A stretch of DNA of 64,000 nt from an uncultured cyanobacterium (GTDB taxonomy: Bacteria; Cyanobacteriota; Cyanobacteriia; Phormidesmidales; Phormidesmidaceae): the NCBI GenBank assembly GCA_963793265.1, contig CAWBZI010000007.1, positions 224,001 through 288,000 on the forward strand, in the 5' to 3' direction. How positions within the stretch are numbered: the first letter of the stretch is position 1; the number at the start of each line of letters is the position of its first letter. The notes beneath the pieces were generated by a model that did not search any database, had not been told where the DNA came from, and was given only the letters and a program-made list of their open reading frames with translations. Both the position numbers and the translations under genes were made by a program. Positions 42,102 to 51,775 of this stretch are shown piece after piece.

Positions 42102-42762
42102 CACACCAAAAGTTCAGGTTATTTTAGTGCCTGCGGGCGCTGAATACTCAGCCGTCAAAAGGGGGCTACGCGGCGTGCAAAACAAACCAGAGCTGATCGC
42201 AATTCCAGCAGGGCCGCAGGGGGTAAGGCAGTTTTTACAAGATCAAACAGAACAGAATTGGACTGATAGCAATGTGCTGATAATGGGACTAGGCGGCAGT
42301 CTTTCTCTAGACTATGGCGTGGGAGATGGCGTTGTTATAGAGAAGATTTGGAATGGATTTGAGGCAGCGCAGACGTATACGTGCAGTTCGGAGTTGACGG
42401 CATGGATTGAGGCAGCATTAGGACTCGATCGCGTGGTGGGGGTGACGTGCGATCGAGTGATCACTCAAGTAAAAGAGAAAATAGAATTAGGCGATCGCTA
42501 TCAGGCCAGTGTTGTAGAGATGGAAGGCGCTATCTTCGCCAAAGCTCTACCAAACTGCGCCATCATACGCGTTATCAGCGATAGCCTTCAGCACGAACTC
42601 CCGAACATTTCACAGAGCATATCTTCAGACGGGTCTATAAGAGTAGGTGCGATCGCCCTCAGCTTCCTCAGCCGCCCTATCCCCGCCATTCGACTCATAG
42701 CAGGCGCGCTCAAAGGACTATCAACACTAACAGCGCTAACTGCCAAACTGTTCAAAGCGTAA
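42091..42762 (+). CDS. Nucleoside phosphorylase-fold protein, HpnG-like
   Basis: GAEY, MGLGGSL, VVEMEGA and IRVISD motifs; hopanoid context. ATG at 42091 overlaps the exporter stop. Confidence 0.75.
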   Translation: MPDNTPKVQVILVPAGAEYSAVKRGLRGVQNKPELIAIPAGPQGVRQFLQDQTEQNWTDSNVLIMGLGGSLSLDYGVGDGVVIEKIWNGFEAAQTYTCSSELTAWIEAALGLDRVVGVTCDRVITQVKEKIELGDRYQASVVEMEGAIFAKALPNCAIIRVISDSLQHELPNISQSISSDGSIRVGAIALSFLSRPIPAIRLIAGALKGLSTLTALTAKLFKA

Positions 42763-42773
42763 ATCTTTCCATC

Positions 42774-43943
42774 CTAAGCATCGCTATACACCCGCCCTTT
42801 CCAAGCTCCACCTCTCCCCGCCCAATGAAGCCGAGCCGAATCAACCGTCATCACCGAATACATCAGCGCAATCAACGGCAGCGCCAGCGCTGAAACACGC
42901 GATCCACCATACAGCTTCAGCATCGGCCAGTAAGCGTAGGCCATCAGTAGCCAGCCTGCTAATCCTGCGATCGCGATCCAAAAATTCCCTAACAACAACC
43001 CAAGCAAAAATCCAATCGGTGGCACTAAATACACCAGCACCATCCCAAAAACAGTACCTATCAGCAGCAAAGGCGAGTAGTTAAGCTGAGTGTAGGCGCT
43101 ACGAGTCACCATATTCCAAAGACTGGCCAAATCAGAATACGGGCGCAGGCTGCGAACAGTTGTGCTGAGCCCTAGCCAAATCGCGCCATTCTCCTTAATC
43201 GCCGCCCCGAGTGCGCAGTCATCAATTAGGGCGTGACGAATCTCTTTTAGTCCGTCGATTTTCTCTAAAGCACTAAAGCGTACTAAAGCGCAGCCTCCGG
43301 CAGCAGCAGCCGTTTTCTTAGCAGGATTGTTCACCCACGGAAACGGATAGAGCAGCTGAAAAAAGAAGACGAACGAAGGAATCAACAGATATTCCCAGAA
43401 GCTCTCGCAGCGTAGCTGAACCATTAAGGAGACAAGATCTAGCTCTTCTGTTTCCGCCTTACTTACAAGCTGTTGCAGCGTGTCTGAACTGTGTTCAATA
43501 TCAGCGTCAGTAAACAGAACATAGTCAGGAGGGCTTTGCTGTAGATACTGAAAGCCTTGTTCCATCGCCCAAAGTTTTCCTGTCCAGCCAGCGGGTAGGG
43601 GCTTACCTGAGAGGATAGTTGAGCTTTTTGCGTTGAACTGATTGAGCGTTGACTGCGTGATCGCCCCCGTTCCATCTGTGCTCTGATCGTCAACCAATAC
43701 AATTGAAAAGGAGCCAGGGTAGGTTTGAGTGAGGTGCGATCGCAAAACAACTTCAATCAGCTCAGCCTCATCCCGCGCCGGAATCACTACCGCCACGTTC
43801 GGCCAGGCGTCTCTAGATAGGATCTTTTGGCCCTCTAGCCTTTGATCAGCTCGCCAAAACTGACCCCAGCTCACTAGCATTCCTATCCAAATTATCGCTG
43901 AAACGATAGTCAGTCCACATAAAACGCCTTCCATATTACTCAT
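42774..43943 (-). CDS. hpnB: Hopene-associated GT2 glycosyltransferase
   Basis: VIPARDEA, VDDQSTDGT, LPAGWTGKLWA, FTDADI, FFFQLLYPF, LIDDCAL and C-terminal WKGR. Confidence 0.9.
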   Translation of the reverse strand: MSNMEGVLCGLTIVSAIIWIGMLVSWGQFWRADQRLEGQKILSRDAWPNVAVVIPARDEAELIEVVLRSHLTQTYPGSFSIVLVDDQSTDGTGAITQSTLNQFNAKSSTILSGKPLPAGWTGKLWAMEQGFQYLQQSPPDYVLFTDADIEHSSDTLQQLVSKAETEELDLVSLMVQLRCESFWEYLLIPSFVFFFQLLYPFPWVNNPAKKTAAAAGGCALVRFSALEKIDGLKEIRHALIDDCALGAAIKENGAIWLGLSTTVRSLRPYSDLASLWNMVTRSAYTQLNYSPLLLIGTVFGMVLVYLVPPIGFLLGLLLGNFWIAIAGLAGWLLMAYAYWPMLKLYGGSRVSALALPLIALMYSVMTVDSARLHWAGRGGAWKGRVYSDA

Positions 43944-44051
43944 CTGTGTTTTACGCTATGTTGTATGAAATCCTATGACTGATGCCTCGTCCATAGATGA
44001 GAGGTCGGTGAGAGAACCTGAAAACATTGTTGTCAAAGACCTTATTCTAAT

Positions 44052-46001
44052 ATGCAAACAGCAACAAGACCCGTTACCGATCTAGCTAAAGGAATTGCTG
44101 CCGCTCAAAACCACCTGATTTCTATTCAATATCCAGACGGATACTGGTGGGCGCAGCTAGAGTCTAATGCTTCGATTACCGCTGAAGTCGTGCTGCTGCA
44201 TACGGTTTGGGGCACAGATAGCGATCGCTTCCCCAGAAAAAAAACGGAGGCGTATTTGCGATCACAGCAATGCCCCCACGGCGGCTGGGAACTCTTCTTT
44301 GGCGATGGCGGAGAACTCAGCACCTCCGTCGAAGCTTACATGGCCCTTAGACTCCTCGGCATCCCAGCCACCGACCCGGCCCTTCTTCGCGCAAAAGACT
44401 TCATCCTCAGCCATGGCGGCATCAGCAAAACCCGCATCTTCACCAAATTCCACCTTGCCCTCATCGGCTGCTACAACTGGCAGGGCCTCCCCTCCCTTCC
44501 CGCCTGGATCATGCAGCTAGAGCCGCCTTTCCCAGTCAACATCTACGAGCTATCAAGCTGGGCACGTGGCAGCACCGTCCCGCTACTCATCGTCTTTGAC
44601 AAAAAGCCCGTCTACTCACCTAGCCCAGGCTTCAACCTCAATGAACTCTACGCAGAGGGCATTGAAAATGTTGTGTGGGAGCTACCCCAAAATAATGACT
44701 GGAGCGATGCCTTTCTCTGGTTAGACAAAGCATTCAAACTAGCCGAATCCTTCGAGGCCATTCCTCTTCGCGAGGAGAGTCTTAAGAAAGCACAAAAGTG
44801 GATTCTAGAACGGCAGGAAGCGACAGGCGACTGGGGCGGCATTATTCCAGCTATGCTCAACTCTCTTTTAGCGCTGCGAGCCCTAGACTACGACCTCAAC
44901 AATCCGGTTGTACAGCGAGGACTAGAGGCGCTTGATAACTTTGCCGTAGAAGACAAAGACACCTACTGGATGCAGCCTTGCATTTCCCCCGTATGGGATA
45001 CTGCCCTAGTGATACGAGCATTGGCCGCTTCAGGGCTCGAACCAGATCATCCTGTGCTCGTTAGAGGTGGAGAATGGCTGCTCAAAAAACAAATATTAGA
45101 CTACGGCGATTGGGCCGTCAAAAATCCCAACGGTAAGCCTGGCGGCTGGGCCTTTGAATTTGAAAATCGGTTTTATCCAGACGTAGATGACACGGCAGTT
45201 GTTGTCATGGCTTTGCAGGCAGTGCAGCTACCGAATGAAGCATTAAAGCAACAATCTATAGCCAGCGCCGTTCGTTGGATTGCAACGATGCAGTGCGGCA
45301 CAGGCGGCTGGGCCGCTTTTGATATCAACAACGATCAAGACTGGCTCAACGCCATTCCCTACGGCGATCTCAAAGCCATGATCGATCCTAGCACCGCAGA
45401 TATTACCGCTCGTGTGCTAGAGATGCACGGAAAGCTAAAAGGCAAAGAAACTTTAGTCAGTAGCTATAGTGCAGATCTAACACCCTACCGACTTTCACGC
45501 GGCCTCAAGTATTTAAAAGAAGAACAATGTGAAGATGGCAGTTGGTTTGGTCGGTGGGGCGTCAACTACATCTATGGCACCAGTGGAGCCCTTTCAGCGC
45601 TAGCCCTTACCGCGCCGCGTCAGTGCCAGGAGAATATTAAGCGAGGCATTGGCTGGCTAGTAAGCTGTCAAAACGAAGACGGCGGCTGGGGCGAAACCTG
45701 TCACAGCTACAGCAATCCTAAATTAAAAGGCCAAGGCGTGAGCACTGCCTCACAAACGGCCTGGGCGCTATTGGGTCTACTCGACACGCATTTTTATCTG
45801 AGCGATGAGGCCAAACTAGCCGTTCAAAAAGGCATTCAATATCTGTTGAACACACAACAGCAAGACGGCACCTGGGAAGAGAAAGAATTCACAGGCACTG
45901 GCTTTCCAGAACACTTCTATCTTCGCTACCACCTCTATTATCAGCACTTTCCCCTCATGGCACTGGGCCACTATCAAAGGCTTAAAACAACGTTTGAATA
46001 G
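44052..46001 (+). CDS. shc: Squalene-hopene cyclase
   Basis: Catalytic DVDDTAVV, QW-type repeats (QYPDGYW, QNEDGGWGE, QQQDGTW) and GRWGVNYIYGT. Confidence 0.98.
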   Translation: MQTATRPVTDLAKGIAAAQNHLISIQYPDGYWWAQLESNASITAEVVLLHTVWGTDSDRFPRKKTEAYLRSQQCPHGGWELFFGDGGELSTSVEAYMALRLLGIPATDPALLRAKDFILSHGGISKTRIFTKFHLALIGCYNWQGLPSLPAWIMQLEPPFPVNIYELSSWARGSTVPLLIVFDKKPVYSPSPGFNLNELYAEGIENVVWELPQNNDWSDAFLWLDKAFKLAESFEAIPLREESLKKAQKWILERQEATGDWGGIIPAMLNSLLALRALDYDLNNPVVQRGLEALDNFAVEDKDTYWMQPCISPVWDTALVIRALAASGLEPDHPVLVRGGEWLLKKQILDYGDWAVKNPNGKPGGWAFEFENRFYPDVDDTAVVVMALQAVQLPNEALKQQSIASAVRWIATMQCGTGGWAAFDINNDQDWLNAIPYGDLKAMIDPSTADITARVLEMHGKLKGKETLVSSYSADLTPYRLSRGLKYLKEEQCEDGSWFGRWGVNYIYGTSGALSALALTAPRQCQENIKRGIGWLVSCQNEDGGWGETCHSYSNPKLKGQGVSTASQTAWALLGLLDTHFYLSDEAKLAVQKGIQYLLNTQQQDGTWEEKEFTGTGFPEHFYLRYHLYYQHFPLMALGHYQRLKTTFE

Positions 46002-46090
46002 CTAAAATAACATCCCACCATACTCCCTCCGACGCAACAATCTAATAATCCCCCAATCCTCCAACATGACAACCCAACAATTCTTTACCC

Positions 46091-47158
46091 CTACAGCCCA
46101 GACCCTCTTATCTCATACCGAATCTCTTCAACCGGCAAACCTTCGTTATCACAATCGCCATAGCGCAACTGCAACCGCTTCTCCCCGGCATGTTCACCCA
46201 AACTTCCCCCATAGCGCTCAGCCTCAGTTCCCAGGCTTTGAATCCGAATTTTGCCATTAAATACCGTCGCCCGCGCTAAATAAATCACCAGATCATCTCG
46301 CGACGGACGATTCACTGTAGTACTCGCCGTCAGGTGGGCAACCCCCCTTTCATCCATCTCCTGAGCTAACGCCATTGCCGTATTGCGAATGCCGGTAATA
46401 GCCACAATCGCAGAGGCGATCGCCATCGTGATATCCACCCCTTCATCCGTAAAAATCTGCTGGCTCGCCAAATACTCAAAATTCTGCTCGCCCAAGTCAT
46501 CACGAATCCGGCGATGAATCAAATTCTTTGGATGGTAGTCCGTCAGCGCCCCTACAATCGCCCCACAGGCCGCACGGGGTTCACGCCACGGAGCCTCGCG
46601 CGTTTTGCCATACACCACGTGCTTACCGCCTTCTCGCAGCCGCCCCACATGCGTCTTCAAATCAATCGCTACCAAAGAGATTGATCGAGGATTACCCGTA
46701 TAAAGCTGTCTTTTTAAGCCCTCGTCTAGCTCGTGAGCAACCGTCACATGCGCCAGCGTCGCTCCATTATCCGTACCGCCGCCCGCTGGGAAAAAAGCTT
46801 CTAGCTTCAGCTCGCCAATTTCAGAAAGGGTTGCAAATCGGGAGGCCACTACGTCGCGATAGCGTTTAGTCGCTTCGCCCTGATGAATGCGATCGCCACA
46901 GTTGGTATAGGCCAGCGTCGTCACCACGCTCGGCAAGCTCAAATCTGCCCCACACGACTTTACCGCCGTCGGACTAGCCGCCGCAAACTGCAGCTCATCA
47001 CGCAAAATTTGCAATCCCTTGATCAGCGCATAGCGGTCTTTTACAATCTCATTCAAATAGTTGTGATAGGCATTTCGCTCCATACCAAAGCTTGCAGGCA
47101 ACTGCCAAAACGTATCTACTCGCTTTTGAGTGGCCTCAGCATCAAAGGGTAATGTCAT
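46091..47158 (-). CDS. Conserved hypothetical protein, candidate LCIB/theta-class carbonic anhydrase homologue
   Basis: C87-G-D89, FFPAGG, T-H170-VG and AA-C198-GA resemble the Cys/His/Cys zinc motifs of LCIB-family proteins. The CDS is secure; the function is inferred. Confidence 0.55.
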   Translation of the reverse strand: MTLPFDAEATQKRVDTFWQLPASFGMERNAYHNYLNEIVKDRYALIKGLQILRDELQFAAASPTAVKSCGADLSLPSVVTTLAYTNCGDRIHQGEATKRYRDVVASRFATLSEIGELKLEAFFPAGGGTDNGATLAHVTVAHELDEGLKRQLYTGNPRSISLVAIDLKTHVGRLREGGKHVVYGKTREAPWREPRAACGAIVGALTDYHPKNLIHRRIRDDLGEQNFEYLASQQIFTDEGVDITMAIASAIVAITGIRNTAMALAQEMDERGVAHLTASTTVNRPSRDDLVIYLARATVFNGKIRIQSLGTEAERYGGSLGEHAGEKRLQLRYGDCDNEGLPVEEIRYEIRGSGL

Positions 47159-47295
47159 ACGGTTCCAAGCCCCTATTGCTCAGGCTTTTATGATAGTGTC
47201 TCGCAAATATACAACCATCCTAGTCCTAGAGACAATCGGCCTATCGCTACAAAGTTGCTAGCATTGAGGTAGCAATTTTTAGCAGCACACACTTT

Positions 47296-48975
47296 ATGCC
47301 TCGCTCTCCTATTCCCTCCATGCTGACGCCTAACCTTATCGGGCGTCAGCGCGAAATTGTCGAGGTATTCCTTAAAAACGGCTGGGACTACATGCGGCGC
47401 TTGCTCACGGGCAACGCCCCCGATGAGCCTGAGCTGCCACCGCCTGCCGTGCTGTGCAATATTCTAATTGAGCTAGGCCCGGTATACGTAAAGCTAGGCC
47501 AGCTTCTAAGCACCAGACCAGACTTACTCAGCTCCTCTTATATCGAAGCCCTTAGCGGCTTACAGTCTACGGTGCCCGCTGTACCCGCATCAGAAATCCA
47601 AGGCTATATTCGCACGCACATGCACCGACCCGTTGATGAGGTGTTTGCCGAAATTGACTATACCGCGATCGCCGCAGGCTCTATCGGCCAGACGCACAAG
47701 GCCATACTGCAAAACGGCACCGCTGTGGCCGTCAAAGTATTGCGACCCGGCATCGAAAAGCAGGTCGATCGCGATATGGCGCTCATTAAAGATATTGCCA
47801 GGCTCGTTTCTGCGACCCAATTTGGTCAGCGCTACAACATCACCGAACTGGCCGAAGAATTTAAAAGCGCCATCACCGCCGAGCTAGACTTCACCACCGA
47901 AGCGCGCTACACAGACGAGCTAAGGCAAAACCTGCTCGAAAGCGATTGGGTTGACTCTGACCGGCTAACCGTTCCTCAAATTATTTGGCCGCTAACTAAC
48001 TCAAAAATACTGGTGATGGAATGGCTCAGAGGTCAACCTATCCTCACCGCAAATGTCCCAGTTGCGAAGAAAAATCTATTGGGCACTCAGCCCAGCGACG
48101 AACGCGCTGAAATTACATCGCTCCTGTTTAGAGCCTTCCTATCGCAGTACTTTATCACTGGCTTTTTCCACGCCGATCCTCACCCAGGCAACATTTTTTA
48201 TCTGGAAGACAAGCGCTTAGCCATACTTGACTGCGGCATGATGGGCCGATTAGATCCGCAGACGCGGGCGACGTTGACTGAACTGGTGCTTGCGATCGCC
48301 ACTTCCGACGCCCAGCGCTGCGCCCAGCTCACCCTCCAGCTTACCGAACCGCTCAAGCCCATTAACCTCGTACGCTTAGAAAGCGACTACAGCCGGTTAC
48401 TTAGCCGCTACTACGGCCTCTCCCTCGATCGGGTCAACACCGCCGAAGCATTTGCTGCCGTCATCGAAACCGGCACCAAGAATCATCTACGCTGGCCCGC
48501 CAACATCGGCCTCTTTACCAAATCGCTCGCAAACCTAGAAGGCGCAGCCCGACTGTTCAACCCCGAAGTGAATCTAATGGCCGAAATTCAGCCGCTCATG
48601 CTGGACTTGCTTCGCCAGCAAATATCGGGTGACGATCCCGTACAACTGCTGCTGCGTACCGGCCTAGAATTTCGTAACCTATCTCTATCAGCGCCCCGGC
48701 AGTTCGGCTTTTTGCTCGATCGCCTCAGCGATGAAACCCTCCAGTGGAACCTGCGCATACAAGGACTAGACTCCGTTCAGCGCAGCATGGAGCGGGCCGC
48801 TAATAGGCGGGCCTTTAGCACCGTCGTCGGCGCACTCATTATTGGGGCCGCTATCATCACCACCAACCAAAAGACCGTACAGCTACAGTCTTTGAGCACG
48901 CTGCTATTTGCAGCCGCTTCCTTCTTGGGCCTCTGGCTAATTGTGAGCATTTTACGCTCAGGCCGCTGGAATTAA
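47296..48975 (+). CDS. ABC1/AarF/UbiB family atypical kinase
   Basis: LGPVYVKLGQLLSTRPD, IAAGSIGQ, AVKV, ELDF, FFHADPHPGN and LDCGMMG; two C-terminal TM helices. Confidence 0.95.
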   Translation: MPRSPIPSMLTPNLIGRQREIVEVFLKNGWDYMRRLLTGNAPDEPELPPPAVLCNILIELGPVYVKLGQLLSTRPDLLSSSYIEALSGLQSTVPAVPASEIQGYIRTHMHRPVDEVFAEIDYTAIAAGSIGQTHKAILQNGTAVAVKVLRPGIEKQVDRDMALIKDIARLVSATQFGQRYNITELAEEFKSAITAELDFTTEARYTDELRQNLLESDWVDSDRLTVPQIIWPLTNSKILVMEWLRGQPILTANVPVAKKNLLGTQPSDERAEITSLLFRAFLSQYFITGFFHADPHPGNIFYLEDKRLAILDCGMMGRLDPQTRATLTELVLAIATSDAQRCAQLTLQLTEPLKPINLVRLESDYSRLLSRYYGLSLDRVNTAEAFAAVIETGTKNHLRWPANIGLFTKSLANLEGAARLFNPEVNLMAEIQPLMLDLLRQQISGDDPVQLLLRTGLEFRNLSLSAPRQFGFLLDRLSDETLQWNLRIQGLDSVQRSMERAANRRAFSTVVGALIIGAAIITTNQKTVQLQSLSTLLFAAASFLGLWLIVSILRSGRWN

Positions 48976-49107
48976 ACCCTATGCTGACTGCTCCGCTCAG
49001 TTCTTTTGTCCCTCAACTCCTGTACAGAGATGGCTTTGCCGTATGATGGAATTATTGAGCACTCGGTTTTGAACCTTACTAATCGCTGGATACATAGCCC
49101 AAAATAA

Positions 49108-49875
49108 GTGGCATTCTTAATATTTGACTTTGACGGCACCATTGCCGATACGCTAGCCGCCATTGTGCGAATTACCAATCGCATTGCCCCGGAGTATGGC
49201 TATTCGCCAACAACACCCGAAAAGCTGACGTATTACCAATCACTCAGTACGCAGGAGATGCTCAAACAGGCCGAAATTCCGCTGTTTAGGCTACCCTTTT
49301 TGCTGCGCCGCGTCCGCAGAGAAATGACGGATGAGCTACCTGAAGTTCCTGTTGCTCAAGATCTGCCTGAAACGCTCAGAGAGCTAGTGGCTGCGGGTCA
49401 TCATCTAATGGTGATGAGTTCTAACTCCAAGCGTAATATCCAGGGCTTTTTGCAGCTTCACGGCATTCATGATGTCTTTGATTCTGTGCAGGGGGGCGTG
49501 GGGCTGCTGAGCAAAGCTAGAGTGCTCAAGCGAATCATACAAAAAGGAGGGCTCGATTTTTCGCAGGTCATCTATGTGGGTGACGAAACGAGAGATATCG
49601 ATGCCTCTAAGCAAGTCGGTATCCTTGTAGCTGCGGTCACCTGGGGATTTAGCAGCCGCGATGCCTTAGCAGCCCAAGACCCTGCGTTTTTAATCGATCA
49701 CCCACGCCAGCTTATCGGCGCTGCGCAAACGCTCGTAAACCCGAGCTGGGTCAGAAGAGACTACCGATCGCCTAACTACACGACTAATCGCAGGCGCAGC
49801 ACAGACGCACCTAACCTTGTTGATTTCAAGATTGATTCCAAGCAGGATGAGAGAGAAGCGCACTCATCGTCCTGA
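49108..49875 (+). CDS. HAD-superfamily hydrolase (phosphoglycolate-phosphatase-like)
   Basis: FDFDGTIADT, SSN and YVGDETRDI. Confidence 0.9.
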   Translation: MAFLIFDFDGTIADTLAAIVRITNRIAPEYGYSPTTPEKLTYYQSLSTQEMLKQAEIPLFRLPFLLRRVRREMTDELPEVPVAQDLPETLRELVAAGHHLMVMSSNSKRNIQGFLQLHGIHDVFDSVQGGVGLLSKARVLKRIIQKGGLDFSQVIYVGDETRDIDASKQVGILVAAVTWGFSSRDALAAQDPAFLIDHPRQLIGAAQTLVNPSWVRRDYRSPNYTTNRRRSTDAPNLVDFKIDSKQDEREAHSSS

Positions 49876-50767
49876 CGCCTCTCAACTGGTTAGAAAGCGG
49901 AAGATGCGCAGCAGGAGACTTCTCCAAGTCCCAGATAAACTCATTGGGATAGCGCGTCCAAACGCCATCTGTTGACTTCCAGAGAAGCTGTATCCACAGA
50001 CGATCCCAATCTTTACCTAAGCGCACCCATAAGTCTCGCTGCTTACGCCAGCCAAACTTGTCTTCAGAGTACAGCCCCCACATAATGTCGATAGCCTGTA
50101 AGTCGATGACTGGAATCTGGCCGACCTCAGTAAAATAAACCCACTTACGCTCTACTGCATTTGCGCCTGCTAGCTCACATAGCTTTTGGTTTGTCAGTTT
50201 GTCAGCCTGTTCGTATTCTTTTTGAACCAGCAGCATTTGCAGCTCACGGTAGTCAAGATCTTTATCCGATTGAGGGCACACCAGTCCATCTGGAAAGTCT
50301 TCAATCAATGCTTTAGCAGCATCAGAGGCGCTACCCTGTAAAGCTCGAGAATATAAAACCTGATAGGCACTGCCGTGAGCAGCGGTGGGCTCGTCTGGAT
50401 TTTTCTTAGACATGCGATCGCGCACAAACGATGCCAGAGCCTCTTCGCCCTGCAACCTAAGTTCTGAAGCGCCTGATTCTGAAGCGCCTGATTCTGAAGC
50501 ACTTGACTCTGAAGCACTTGATTCTGAAGCACTTGACTCTGAAGCACCTAGTTCCGCCAGTTTCCGAATGGCTAGAAGCTGCTTTTTAAGACTATTAGAA
50601 GACAACCGCGCAACCAAAGAAGCCAGCTCACTCGCACGACCTTCTAAAGTCGAGCTATTGGTAGGTGTTTGACCGCTGTTCTGAGGAAGAGCAGAGGTCT
50701 TATCAGAGACTCTATCAGAGGCTCTATTTTCAGCGAATTGAGCAGATTCTATTGCGTTTGAAGACAT
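49826..50767 (-). CDS. gun4: GUN4 (Ycf53) Mg-chelatase activator
   Basis: DYRELQMLL, ADKLT, LCELAG, RKWVYFTE, YSEDKFG, WTRYPNEFIW and HLPLSNQLRG. Confidence 0.92.
   Translation of the reverse strand: MSSNAIESAQFAENRASDRVSDKTSALPQNSGQTPTNSSTLEGRASELASLVARLSSNSLKKQLLAIRKLAELGASESSASESSASESSASESGASESGASELRLQGEEALASFVRDRMSKKNPDEPTAAHGSAYQVLYSRALQGSASDAAKALIEDFPDGLVCPQSDKDLDYRELQMLLVQKEYEQADKLTNQKLCELAGANAVERKWVYFTEVGQIPVIDLQAIDIMWGLYSEDKFGWRKQRDLWVRLGKDWDRLWIQLLWKSTDGVWTRYPNEFIWDLEKSPAAHLPLSNQLRGVRTMSALLSHPAWNQS
50462..50551. repeat. In-frame 15-bp tandem repeat x6 inside gun4
   Basis: Unit (t/c)tctgaagc(g/a)c(c/t)tga, encoding ASES(S/G) pentapeptides. Confidence 0.92.
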
Positions 50768-50909
50768 GTTTTACAGATAAACATAGGCATGAAGATTGTA
50801 CTTATGAGTTAAGCAAACCACCACGCCCTATTGTCGTTTTCTTGAGGTGTCGTTAGCTGATGACTTGTCCAATAATAAAGGAATACCGCAAGCTGTGCCC
50901 GCTGCGGTA

Positions 50910-51623
50910 CTAATTGTTTTCTTTTTGAGAGCCTACAGCGGTGCTATGCGCTTCTACCTGAGGCTCTGCTGGAGGATCTGCCTGAGGCGGCTTGTGCCCA
51001 TTCTCAAAGGCGTAGCGAATAAGCTGAGAGCGGTTTTCTAGCGACAGCTTGCTCAATATATTGCTGAGATGCGTTTGAACGGTGCGTGGACTGATAAATA
51101 GGCGATCGCCTATCTTCTTATTGGTAAAGCCCTGCGTTACTTCCCAAAAAACCTTTTCTTCAGCAGGCGTCAGCGGCAAAGGCGTCCGAGGCTTTGCAGG
51201 GGCCTGATCGGCACTAGGCTGTTTTAAGGCCCGATTAATCTCTGAATAGATCCGGCTAGCTCGAGCTAACTGAGCCTCAATCTTTGCAATGAGTTCTCTG
51301 GGATGAAAAGGCTTCACCAAATAGTCGTCTGCACCAATGCTGTGCCCTTGAATCCGATCTTCTAAATCGCAGCGTCCAGAGAGAAATATGAAGGGAATAA
51401 GCTGACCGGGCTCGCTTTCTCTGACTCGGGTACACAGCTCGAAGCCGTCCATTCCGGGCATCACGACATCCGACACAATGAGATCAGGCGTGTCATTGGT
51501 AAAGCTATCGAGCCCCTCCGAACCTGAAGAGGCATTATGTACTGAAAACCCACGATCCTTTAGGTAGCGCGTCAGCGCTGCTCTAAGGGTGCTATCGTCG
51601 TCAACGATGAGAATTTTTTGCAT
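50910..51623 (-). CDS. NarL/LuxR-family response regulator
   Basis: Receiver motifs IVDDD, SDVVMPGMDG and GADDYLVKPF; LuxR HTH LTPAE...TNKKIGDRLFISPRTVQTHLSNI. Confidence 0.93.
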   Translation of the reverse strand: MQKILIVDDDSTLRAALTRYLKDRGFSVHNASSGSEGLDSFTNDTPDLIVSDVVMPGMDGFELCTRVRESEPGQLIPFIFLSGRCDLEDRIQGHSIGADDYLVKPFHPRELIAKIEAQLARASRIYSEINRALKQPSADQAPAKPRTPLPLTPAEEKVFWEVTQGFTNKKIGDRLFISPRTVQTHLSNILSKLSLENRSQLIRYAFENGHKPPQADPPAEPQVEAHSTAVGSQKENN

Positions 51624-51775
51624 TCTGCCAGGGTGCTAACCAAACGAATGGACCGCAAGTAATTGCACTGGCCCGATGGTGATGTCATATAAAAACTATA
51701 TAGCGCTCTGGTCAGACCTTAGGTAATTTTCCTGTAAGGATCTAAACGGAATGCATAATTGTCTATTGCATCTGC

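Noticed and set aside
50462..50551. Possible CRISPR-like repeat array
   Set aside because: The 15-bp units are contiguous with no spacers, in frame within gun4, and there are no cas genes.
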